Shown piece by piece: positions 7,205 to 15,933 of a stretch of DNA of 64,000 nt. The notes under the pieces were generated by a model that saw only the letters and a program-made list of their open reading frames with translations, did no database searches and had not been told where the DNA came from. Made by a program: the position numbers and the translations under genes. The stretch is from IMG/VR virus record IMGVR_UViG_3300009979_000063, positions 1 to 64,000 of that record; one strand, given 5' to 3'. This stretch comes from a virus. Lineage: Duplodnaviria > Heunggongvirae > Uroviricota > Caudoviricetes. The stretch's first letter is position 1, and each line of letters starts with the position of its first letter.

Positions 7205-8977
7205 CTACAGTATGCGCATATCGTCAAGGAAGTTGCGTATGTTGTCCGGCATACGTGTAGGAGCACGTACGATATTATCTGGCTGCACTTGTGCTTGCGC
7301 CTCTCTTTCTATCCGGCGAATAGTGCCATAATCCACAACTTCATAGTTGTCTAGCTGTTTAGGAGTTAAGCGCACAGCATTGGCAACAGCGCCGGCCACC
7401 GCGTCGCTTGCGTCCTTAGTCATCTTGCTAGGGTGGTCAACATTACCATTAGGCAAAACCTGCAAGCGCTTAAGTTCTTCCTTAATTAGCTCTACGTCTG
7501 GTCCAACTAGGCGGTTTTCACCCATGATTAGCTGTAATTCGTTGTATTGCTCTCGTCCAACGCTGAGTGTATCTGTATAGAATCCGACAGCTTGCAATTG
7601 AGGAATTAGATCGAAACTACCAGCCCAACGGTCGAAAGTAATAAGCTTGATATTGAATCCTGCGCGGCGGACATTGATTATAAATTCACGCACGTCTGCG
7701 AAATCAATTTCAGTTTCTCGGGTAGGCTTCCATACCTTAAGAATGTCTACTACGACGTGCGGTGCAGGATCCGTTAAACGATTACCGATCTGTATTTGCT
7801 TCATTGAGTCTACATGAGCTACCGCAAGAGCACAGTTGTCATGCTTTTTAGCCAAGTCGACGTGTATATAATACTGCGTATCTGCGCCCGGCTTAAGCAC
7901 GATTGAGCCTTCTTCGTCTATGCCATTTTGGGCAGTAAACGTAGCATCAATCTTAGCCTTGTCTCTAAAGAATCCGCCTTCCTCGTAATCACTAGGTTGT
8001 GCTGCAAATCTGCCTAAAGAGTCAGCAGGGTCAGCATAGAAGTCCATAGTGAAGTCATCTATAGACTTGGTTGGATTGACTCGCCAAGTAGGTCTACGCA
8101 AAGCCCATACATTTCCATAGCGATAGCTGACAATATCGTCTTCGGTCCAGTCGATACGAAATTCGTTCGTAGCGACATCATCCGGTAGTTCTGGGTTAAG
8201 TTTAAATGTATGGCTGTGCTCGCTAACCACTTTTTCTGCTACAAACTCATTGTATTTTCGCATGATGAATCCCTTGGTCGTTCTAGGAAACGAAAGCAAG
8301 AGAATCTTTCCAGTATCAGCAAAGCGGCTAGCAACAGTCGCCCGCAAAGTTTTATACATCTTGTCAGCGTTAACGGTCTCTTCGTGCTCGTCAAAACCGT
8401 CGATTTCGTCTAGCACGGCAACCATGATGTTCAAACCTTCGGTTGCTTCGTTTTCGCTATTGAGACTGTGTACGCTTACGCCTTTATCAAAGGCAATATC
8501 ATTGCCTCTTTCTTTGTACCGGCCGCGAAACCAAGCACAGTTTTTTACACGCTTCTTTAAGCCTGAAAAGAATACTTTATTAGCCTGCTGCGCGTTGATA
8601 GCTACGTTAACAATATCAATGTTGTCGTCTTTAGGCTTTCCGTAATAACCAGCGGGGTCTCTTAGACACAACAATTGGTAAGCAACACGAGCGCAGATAA
8701 TTGTAGACAACAAGTCCTTTCCTGAACCCTTGCCCAGAACTAGAGCTAGTTCCTTCTTTCTTTCCCGCGCTCGGCGCTTACCTTCTTCTTCGCCATGCAA
8801 TTTTACAAGCGTGTGCTCATAATAGATTTCTGATCCGATTTCAATGATCTTATATTGGTCGTTGCTAAGCGGAGGTAGCGCCATATAGGCGTCACTATAG
8901 AGAAAAGTGTTCAGATCAACTGGAACTTCTTCAAACTCGTCCGCCTTAAGCGCGCCAATATACTCATTGAAATCCAA
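7205..8977 (-). CDS. terL: terminase large subunit
   Basis: Walker A LVLGKGSGKD, Walker B VAVLDEIDGFDE, C-terminal RNaseH-like nuclease Asp residues (IHVDLAKKHD, DASDAVAGAV); TTG start directly after the small-terminase stop. Confidence 0.9.
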   Translation of the reverse strand: MDFNEYIGALKADEFEEVPVDLNTFLYSDAYMALPPLSNDQYKIIEIGSEIYYEHTLVKLHGEEEGKRRARERKKELALVLGKGSGKDLLSTIICARVAYQLLCLRDPAGYYGKPKDDNIDIVNVAINAQQANKVFFSGLKKRVKNCAWFRGRYKERGNDIAFDKGVSVHSLNSENEATEGLNIMVAVLDEIDGFDEHEETVNADKMYKTLRATVASRFADTGKILLLSFPRTTKGFIMRKYNEFVAEKVVSEHSHTFKLNPELPDDVATNEFRIDWTEDDIVSYRYGNVWALRRPTWRVNPTKSIDDFTMDFYADPADSLGRFAAQPSDYEEGGFFRDKAKIDATFTAQNGIDEEGSIVLKPGADTQYYIHVDLAKKHDNCALAVAHVDSMKQIQIGNRLTDPAPHVVVDILKVWKPTRETEIDFADVREFIINVRRAGFNIKLITFDRWAGSFDLIPQLQAVGFYTDTLSVGREQYNELQLIMGENRLVGPDVELIKEELKRLQVLPNGNVDHPSKMTKDASDAVAGAVANAVRLTPKQLDNYEVVDYGTIRRIEREAQAQVQPDNIVRAPTRMPDNIRNFLDDMRIL

Positions 8978-9505
8978 CTACTGCACCACCACAGTAGGCT
9001 CTATCTCGCCAGAAACCTGACTTAACTTATGAGCCACCTTTGATCTACAGTTTGAGCATAATCCGTTCTGCAATATATCAACAATAATACGCTGCTTGCG
9101 CTCAGACTCGGCAATCTGATCTCCGATACCGTCTTCTGCGATAATGCCAGCTTTTTGAACTAGCTCTACACGCTTAGCTTCAACATCAGCCAAAGCTTTA
9201 AGACCCGTCATTGCAGCTTTATAGTCTAGATTCTCGTTAGCATCTTCTACTGCCTTGTGCAGATCACGCACTAAGTCTCTGTAGTGTTGATCCACTACTA
9301 GAACGATTTCCCTAGCGCGCTCTTGGATAACTCTATCCTGTGCTGCGTACTGACGAAAGTCTGCCAATAGCTGTTCTACATATTTACGCGGATGCCCAGT
9401 CAATTTCATAATATTACTGACTGTTTGACCAGCGGCATACAAGCTTACTACTTTTTCTTGATGCTGCGCATATTGTACAAGATCAACAGTTCCGTTGCTT
9501 GTCAT
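8978..9505 (-). CDS. putative terminase small subunit
   Basis: 175 aa with N-terminal HTH-like segment and coiled coil; directly upstream of and translationally coupled to terL. Confidence 0.45.
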   Translation of the reverse strand: MTSNGTVDLVQYAQHQEKVVSLYAAGQTVSNIMKLTGHPRKYVEQLLADFRQYAAQDRVIQERAREIVLVVDQHYRDLVRDLHKAVEDANENLDYKAAMTGLKALADVEAKRVELVQKAGIIAEDGIGDQIAESERKQRIIVDILQNGLCSNCRSKVAHKLSQVSGEIEPTVVVQ

Positions 9506-9804
9506 TGCTTCTTTGCTCGACTCCGTTTTTCAACAACTACACTACTTACCCTATCGACACGGAAGCTGCGGAAAACACCAAGCTTGGTAGACATGCAATC
9601 TATCCAAGTGCTATCTAACTTACTGTTGTGTGCCAATTGCTGAAAGACGAACGTATCGCCGTATTCTCCTTTGATCTTCAACTTCGTTCCCGGCGTTATT
9701 TCCTTACCCTTGAAGTCGAAATGATATTGAAGCGATATATGTTCATTATCCCCATACCTCTCAGGGATTTCGTCATAAAGTCGCTTAGTTCTAGTCATAT
9801 TATA

Positions 9805-10416
9805 TCAACCCAGCCATTTCTGCACAAGCTCAATTCGCTCGGTGGCTGCTATATCGGGCATTATTTTATACGGCACGTTCGCGTGGTCTAATAATTCCTT
9901 CATAATATAATCTATATCTTGACGATACTTTGTATCTAAGTCACGCACTCCCCCATCGGATTCTATCGGCCAGTCATATGCCGGAAAATAGATAATATGG
10001 TCATAGTTCTGCATAACTCTTTCACAGAATGATCTTAGCCATACATAGTCATCGTAGACTAGTTCGATTTCGCCCGGCGGATAAAATTCGTCTTCAAGCT
10101 GAGTATATAGTGTATACGCCAAACTATCCAATGGCGATCTATCCGAAATCATGTTCGGACTCGCCATAGTGTGTGCGGCTATTGCACCTATCAAATATAT
10201 CTGATTAATGGCACTTGACTTCTTATTCAGACTTGTTTTTGCATAAGGGGATCGCCGAGATAGCCCGGATACTAAATCAAGGCCATTGGTTTCTGCTATC
10301 GGGCGCGCTACAGTGGTTTTACCAGTATTCTGTGCACCGACTAATACAATTCTCATTATGTGCTGTTGGTTCTCCATCTGACTACGCATGCGCGTGCTCG
10401 TCACACCTAGACACAC
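9805..10416 (-). CDS. P-loop NTPase / nucleoside or nucleotide kinase-like protein (probable start at internal Met21)
   Basis: Walker A IVLVGAQNTGKTT; size and fold consistent with the dNK/NadR-type kinase family. Confidence 0.5.
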   Translation of the reverse strand: MCLGVTSTRMRSQMENQQHIMRIVLVGAQNTGKTTVARPIAETNGLDLVSGLSRRSPYAKTSLNKKSSAINQIYLIGAIAAHTMASPNMISDRSPLDSLAYTLYTQLEDEFYPPGEIELVYDDYVWLRSFCERVMQNYDHIIYFPAYDWPIESDGGVRDLDTKYRQDIDYIMKELLDHANVPYKIMPDIAATERIELVQKWLG

Positions 10417-10545
10417 GCAGTCGTTTTAGTGATCTTGTTAGAGAGCATCTGGTGTGGCTCTCAGTTCTTCTCTATGCGCGCTGGCGCGCGTAGCTTCGTG
10501 CTATGTGTGTCGGCCCGTCAGACAGGCTTACAGCGCCCGACACCG

Positions 10546-11058
10546 CTAGTACAGGAACACCGCCAGATGCTCGAAAGCCTCATAGTACCGTGGCTTCGGG
10601 AAGTTATCGAACATCTGTTCTAAAGTAATATGCTCTTGCACGTGTTTTTCATATGGATTACCGAATTCTTCGCCTTGAGGCCAATGAACTATAGGTAATG
10701 ACACGATTACGTTACCAGCCTGGTTATAGGCTAGCCTGAATACGCGCTTAGCATCTTGCATAGTCATATGCTCTAGGACATCGCCGAATATCACAACGTC
10801 ATAATCCCAGCTTGCCCAGTCACGTGCGTCGCCGACAAAAACCCGCTTGTATTTGCTGCGCAGGTCGAACTGTTCTATGTATGGTTCCCACACTTCTAGG
10901 CCATACATTACCACACGATGCATGTCTGCGAGCAAATCAGCATAGGTTCCCCTACCCGGCCCAACATCAAGAACGCTGATCCTTCCTTCTGCTTGATCTA
11001 GTACCTCTTTTATAATTTCTTTAGTTAATTCTTTACCCTCGCCCAAACTACCAGGCAT
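10546..11058 (-). CDS. class I SAM-dependent methyltransferase
   Basis: motif I VLDVGPGRGTYADLL and acidic motif II VFVGDARD. Confidence 0.6.
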   Translation of the reverse strand: MPGSLGEGKELTKEIIKEVLDQAEGRISVLDVGPGRGTYADLLADMHRVVMYGLEVWEPYIEQFDLRSKYKRVFVGDARDWASWDYDVVIFGDVLEHMTMQDAKRVFRLAYNQAGNVIVSLPIVHWPQGEEFGNPYEKHVQEHITLEQMFDNFPKPRYYEAFEHLAVFLY

Positions 11059-11771
11059 TATTCAGTAACCCACTTTCCTTCATGTACTAGAGTAGGCTCA
11101 CCAGCAACGATGGTGGCAATATCTATGTCAGGCTTTAAGCAATATCCGTTGAGATCACCCCAACGCGCATAGCGCATTGTCATGTCATCTATCTGTTCCC
11201 AAATACCGTCGCGCTCTAGCAACTTTATTAGCTTAAATGCCCCTTGCGGCGTCCAAATCATACAAACGTTGTTGTAGGTATTGTACGTTTTAGCAAGCAA
11301 TGGATGATCTATGTCATTAGGATTTAACTCGTCATGCTCATACTTACGTAACTCTATTGCTCCGTGCCATGTATTATAATTAACATGTGAGTCGTAGAAG
11401 GACCGTTGTTCGTGTGGCAGCGCAAGCGAAATAAAATCAGCATCGCTAGGATAGTTATCCGATAGCTCGTTCAGACGGCTGACGAAATCATCAAAGATAA
11501 TACAATCGTCTTCAAAGGCTAGCGTGTTACCTTCCTCTCTTGCCCATTTCAGAACAGACAAGACAGAATACACCACTCCTAATTCACCTTCTAGCCTAGG
11601 ACGACTCAGGCGAATACTAGGCCAGCGCAATCGATGCATCGCTAACGATCTTGGATCTCGGCCATTACAGAATGGCAATCTAATTTCAGGAACATGCATC
11701 GCTGCTCTGATTTTAGCCTTCTTTTCTTGCCGTGTTTCGTCTATCGATATAATAGTGTAATAGTCTATCAT
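11058..11771 (-). CDS. glycosyltransferase family 25-like protein
   Basis: N-terminal YTIISIDETRQEKKAKIRAAM and GELGVVYSVLSVLKWAREEG..LAFEDDCIIFDDF, resembling the GT25 (Lic2/LgtB) pattern. Confidence 0.4.
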   Translation of the reverse strand: MIDYYTIISIDETRQEKKAKIRAAMHVPEIRLPFCNGRDPRSLAMHRLRWPSIRLSRPRLEGELGVVYSVLSVLKWAREEGNTLAFEDDCIIFDDFVSRLNELSDNYPSDADFISLALPHEQRSFYDSHVNYNTWHGAIELRKYEHDELNPNDIDHPLLAKTYNTYNNVCMIWTPQGAFKLIKLLERDGIWEQIDDMTMRYARWGDLNGYCLKPDIDIATIVAGEPTLVHEGKWVTE

Positions 11772-12123
11772 CTCTTAATATCATTAGCTTCTAGTGCTCT
11801 ACGTATTGTCATGGCTGAACACCCGGCCTGATCTGCCATTTCTTCAACCGATAAGCGTTCTATCAGATACTTCGTCTTGAGCCAAGCTACTGACTTGTAT
11901 AGTTTCTGCTTCGCCAATTAATTCTCCTACTCTCAAAAAGTTCTCGTACGAATGCTGTGCTCCCGCGCACGTGCTAAAATCTGCGATGTAATCAACTCCG
12001 CAAACATCTAGCTTCCATGTCATACGTTCAAAATCATAATAGACGAAAGCCATGTCATCCTGACTAGCGAACTCTAGATCGCCTACTTTAGTCCATTTGT
12101 TCATTATTACCTCCGATATAGAA

Positions 12124-12690
12124 TTATTGTGAAGCGAACCAAGCAATGCCAATAGCGTCTGCCACATTATCGCTCGTAATAATTATACCAAAGGTCTTTT
12201 GCGCCCAGTCAATTGTTCTTTGTTTTCTTAACAGTCGGCCTTTATTTTGATACCAACTTGGCTTGTGACCAGGATTATCTTTTCTAATCTGTGCTTTTTC
12301 GGCCACTGATAGCGACTTGTTACCTATTGCCGATTGCCAGCTAATCGGAGCTACTTCTTTTACTACTGCCGTTGTATGAAACAAGATTGATCCCATAACT
12401 ACACCGGCGACATATCCCATCTTGACGGCCGTCGCAGGACTCTTGACTGTAATAGTCTTCTCGATCGCAACGTAATTTGCGCGCTCAAAAGTGCTAGATG
12501 CTTGGTGCATCATTGCATAAGCGTAGCCTAGACGCTCATAAACGTCTGACCCCAAGAATTCTATTTCACCATAATCTTCTAGCTTGCCGTTATTCATTAG
12601 CGCATAGGCTACACTATTTGTACTGCAATCAATACCTAAAACATTTGTATCTGTTCGTTTCGCCAACAACCTCGCTAACATATGCAACAA
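12124..12690 (-). CDS. RuvC-like Holliday junction resolvase
   Basis: N-terminal VLGIDCSTNSVAYAL (RuvC GIDPG-like) plus downstream acidic residues. Confidence 0.55.
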   Translation of the reverse strand: MLHMLARLLAKRTDTNVLGIDCSTNSVAYALMNNGKLEDYGEIEFLGSDVYERLGYAYAMMHQASSTFERANYVAIEKTITVKSPATAVKMGYVAGVVMGSILFHTTAVVKEVAPISWQSAIGNKSLSVAEKAQIRKDNPGHKPSWYQNKGRLLRKQRTIDWAQKTFGIIITSDNVADAIGIAWFASQ

Positions 12691-12693
12691 TTG

Positions 12694-13470
12694 TTACATA
12701 TCTAGCGTCTCCTTATCAAATTTTAATAATTCTATATCTACTTGTCCTTCTTTTGGTAAAGAATCACAAGTTTCACGCACTGGGCACTCTTTGCATATTT
12801 TTGCATTAGCTCTTGGCTTTTTTGTCGGAAGTTGTTTGTCTTCCCAAGCCTGTCGAACTTCGCGCATCCAATCAAACAAGTAATCTACAAACTGTCGGTT
12901 CTGTTCTGACATACGAACAGGTATCAATAGCTTACGATGGTCATTCTTATTTTCGTACATAATAAGACCATAGTCGTGCCCCAATACCTTTAAGTAAATC
13001 AGCAATTGGACAACGTGATAATCGGCCGGTGTATTTGTGGCTAGACGCCACTCGAATACTTCACTGCGTGTAGTTTTTATTTCTACCGGCAGTTCATAAC
13101 CATCAAATCTTATCCGCAAGTCGCAGAACCCGTGTATCGGTGGGTCTTCATATAATATCGGTAATTCCACGTCACAGTCAACGGTCCTGGCTACATTGCG
13201 TTGGATTCTAGCGTGACCATCTGTACCGGCTTCCATATTATCTACGGACTGTGGAGTAAAGTTGGTAAGGAACTCAGCTCCACCGAATGCTATATACCAA
13301 TAGCGAGGACACTTGCCATTGCCATACACCAGAGAGCTAGGACTAAAGCGCTCTTTTGTTTTGAATTCACGTACCATGCGCTTGTCACTATAAGTGGATT
13401 CAATTATCTTAGCCAGATTCGCAGTGCTGTATGGCGTCTTGCGCGCATATAGGTTGCTAAATAGTGACAT
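12694..13470 (-). CDS. Cas4-like / RecB-family PD-(D/E)XK exonuclease with Fe-S Cys cluster
   Basis: CDLRIRFDGYELPVEIKTT (D..ExK), QLLIY (QxxxY), N-terminal Cys (GKCPRY) plus C-terminal CKECPVRETC. Confidence 0.75.
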   Translation of the reverse strand: MSLFSNLYARKTPYSTANLAKIIESTYSDKRMVREFKTKERFSPSSLVYGNGKCPRYWYIAFGGAEFLTNFTPQSVDNMEAGTDGHARIQRNVARTVDCDVELPILYEDPPIHGFCDLRIRFDGYELPVEIKTTRSEVFEWRLATNTPADYHVVQLLIYLKVLGHDYGLIMYENKNDHRKLLIPVRMSEQNRQFVDYLFDWMREVRQAWEDKQLPTKKPRANAKICKECPVRETCDSLPKEGQVDIELLKFDKETLDM

Positions 13471-13797
13471 TATACAACGCCTCTGGCACTGTACTTCAAA
13501 GCGTCCGCCAATTTAGTTAGGCTATCCGCCATTGTATAGTATATATTTTTCTTCATATTATTGGGTGTACCAGCACGATCCTTGTAAAGCGTTGCATACG
13601 CTGTAGCTAAAATGCTGAACTTAGTTGCCAATGCTTGCAATTGAACGATTAGCTTTGGCGCAATACCTGTCGGAACGTCCGGTTTCGCAATCAGCTTTAT
13701 AACTTGCTCTAAAGCTTTATCTAGATCGTCGTCCTGCAAAAACTCGTGTATTTCGTTAAACTCAGTTATGTCTGAGATAGTTTCAAGTATGTGCTGC

Positions 13798-14163
13798 TCA
13801 TTCATGCTTCTCACTGTACTTCTCTACCCAGGCTTCATGCATTTCTTGGAACATGTCTTCCGCTATTACAGCAAGGCGAACAGTATTGCCCGCTCCCCCG
13901 AGACATATAATCAACGCTGGCTCATCGCCATTCTTAATCGCATCAGTGCACGTTTTAGCCCATACTTTACGCGATAAGCCAAACGTTTCACGATACTCCT
14001 TGATGTCCACTGTGAACGGGTATAGCCGTCCGTCGCCCTTAGCGTGCGAACCACGCCCGCTATTTTTTTGAGCTGTCGCTCCAATGCGACTAAGCTCAGC
14101 CTTTTCACTTTTCGCGTCCGCCATTGTCACCATACAAATCAAAGTCTTCAATTGTTGATTCAT
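13798..14163 (-). CDS. VRR-NUC-like nuclease
   Basis: QKNSGRGSHAKGDGRLYPFTVDIKEY...LSRKVW pattern matching the VRR-NUC PD-(D/E)XK core. Confidence 0.4.
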   Translation of the reverse strand: MNQQLKTLICMVTMADAKSEKAELSRIGATAQKNSGRGSHAKGDGRLYPFTVDIKEYRETFGLSRKVWAKTCTDAIKNGDEPALIICLGGAGNTVRLAVIAEDMFQEMHEAWVEKYSEKHE

Positions 14164-14267
14164 GCCCCGCTAAACACCAAAAGTGCAATGTCTTTGCCTT
14201 TTCGTCGTAATCACCAGCATCTAGCATTGCAACGCAATCCGGCGCAATTTCGCACATACCGTGTATA

Positions 14268-15380
14268 TCAATTCGTAACACTCGCGAACTCTTCGCTGTC
14301 TTCTTCGGTTCGAAGTTTTCCAAGCCCATCTAATTCTCCTAGCAATTTTTCTACACGTGTCTCGTCAGCCTTTAGCCAATCAATAGCACGCTGTCTTCCC
14401 TGTAAACGCTCGCCGAATACTGTGTACCAGGCTCCCCCACGGCTAACAACTCCATTAAGCTCAGCCAAATCAAGTGCCTCTCCGATTACATCGATACCTA
14501 GACGCGGACCACCATAGTAAAAGTCATACGATCCAGTTCCACCCGGCGGGCCAATTTTATTGTATTCGATAGTCCAATTGACTGGTCTTCCCACAGGCCG
14601 CTGTATTAGTTTCTCTCCGACAGGGATTTCCTTCATAATCTGTTCGCGCTCTGCTGCGTTAGACCAAAGCTTAATTACTGTACTGGAAAAGAACATTACG
14701 GCTTGTCCGCCCATAGGTTTTAGCGCTGCGCCATATGTATGAAACTGATTGCGCACCTGCGAAATTAGCACAAGAGATGTCTTTTCATTGGCGTAGTTCA
14801 GTTTGTTTACTGCAATACCAAGTTCCTTAGACGCCGTGCCGATTTGTTTGGTGCCTTCCAGGCCGTCTTTCAGTTCATCTTCTTTTTCAAAGTAGGTGCT
14901 TGGAATCATGGCGCTAATAGAGTCAGCGACTAGAACGTCAACACCCGCTTTCATTAGCTCTACACCAATTGATGCGAAATCGTTAATAGCCTTAGCTCCG
15001 CTAACTATAAGCTGCGATGTGTCTACGCCAAGCGCTCTAGCCCATTCGGGATCAAAGCTATTTTCAGAGTCTATCCAGGCGCAGGTCTTACCCTGACGCT
15101 GCGCTAGACCAATTGATTGAAGCATTATGCTTGACTTACCGGCCGACTTGTTTCCGTAAACTACGGTCTGTCTACCTAAACCCAAGCCACCATTCAGCCC
15201 GTGTGTTAATCCGCTACTAGCTAAAGGTATACGCTCTACTGTTATTTCGGAAGCTGCTCGAAATCTATCTCTTGTTTTCTTCCCGAGCCGTTGTAAAATA
15301 TCATCTATATCTGCCATTAAAAGCCGGTCGAACCGTAACCCCCTTCTCCCCTGGTAGAGTCGGACAGTGATTCGGCCCAT
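14268..15380 (-). CDS. recA: RecA-family recombinase (likely start at MADIDD, 15317)
   Basis: ERIPLASSGL..LGGGLGLGRQTVVYGNKSAGKSSIMLQ..AWIDSENSFDPEWARALGVD collinear with the RecA core; Walker A and B. Confidence 0.85.
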   Translation of the reverse strand: MGRITVRLYQGRRGLRFDRLLMADIDDILQRLGKKTRDRFRAASEITVERIPLASSGLTHGLNGGLGLGRQTVVYGNKSAGKSSIMLQSIGLAQRQGKTCAWIDSENSFDPEWARALGVDTSQLIVSGAKAINDFASIGVELMKAGVDVLVADSISAMIPSTYFEKEDELKDGLEGTKQIGTASKELGIAVNKLNYANEKTSLVLISQVRNQFHTYGAALKPMGGQAVMFFSSTVIKLWSNAAEREQIMKEIPVGEKLIQRPVGRPVNWTIEYNKIGPPGGTGSYDFYYGGPRLGIDVIGEALDLAELNGVVSRGGAWYTVFGERLQGRQRAIDWLKADETRVEKLLGELDGLGKLRTEEDSEEFASVTN

Positions 15381-15745
15381 TCGAAACCTGGCAATTCGAC
15401 ACGCTGTATAAGTAGTTGCGCGACTTTTGACCCCTTTGGCAAGTGCTTAACCGAAGGGCCTAGGTTAACTAGTGGCACGCTCATCGGACCACGATAACCA
15501 GCATCAATCGTGCCTGGAGAATTTATCAAAGTAATTGCATCTCTTGATGCCAAACCCGAGCGGGGATGAATCAAACCAACATAGCCAGGCGGTATTTCCA
15601 TTCTGAACCCCAATGGAACCACTACGGGAATACCAGGTTTAAGCAAGACATCTTCAATAATAAAGAGGTCGGCGCCCGCATCGTCTGCGTTTGCGCGCTC
15701 AGGTAATATTGCGTCTTCGTTAATTCGCTCAATTTTTATCTTCAT
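15317..15745 (-). CDS. dut: dUTPase
   Basis: motifs AGADLF, RSGLA, GTIDAGYRGP. Confidence 0.85.
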   Translation of the reverse strand: MKIKIERINEDAILPERANADDAGADLFIIEDVLLKPGIPVVVPLGFRMEIPPGYVGLIHPRSGLASRDAITLINSPGTIDAGYRGPMSVPLVNLGPSVKHLPKGSKVAQLLIQRVELPGFEWAESLSDSTRGEGGYGSTGF

Positions 15746-15933
15746 CAGTTTCTTCCTCCTCTACAATCGCTAGCTTGGTGATACCTCCATCGAACGCGAT
15801 ACCTACTCGCTTTGCTCCGTCCATATATGACTTAAGCTTGTCTGTATGTAACTCGACTTCACCGCCCATTTCATCCACCAGCATAATCAGTGCCAGTAGG
15901 CCAATCTGTGTTCTTATTTCTACATCATCTTCG

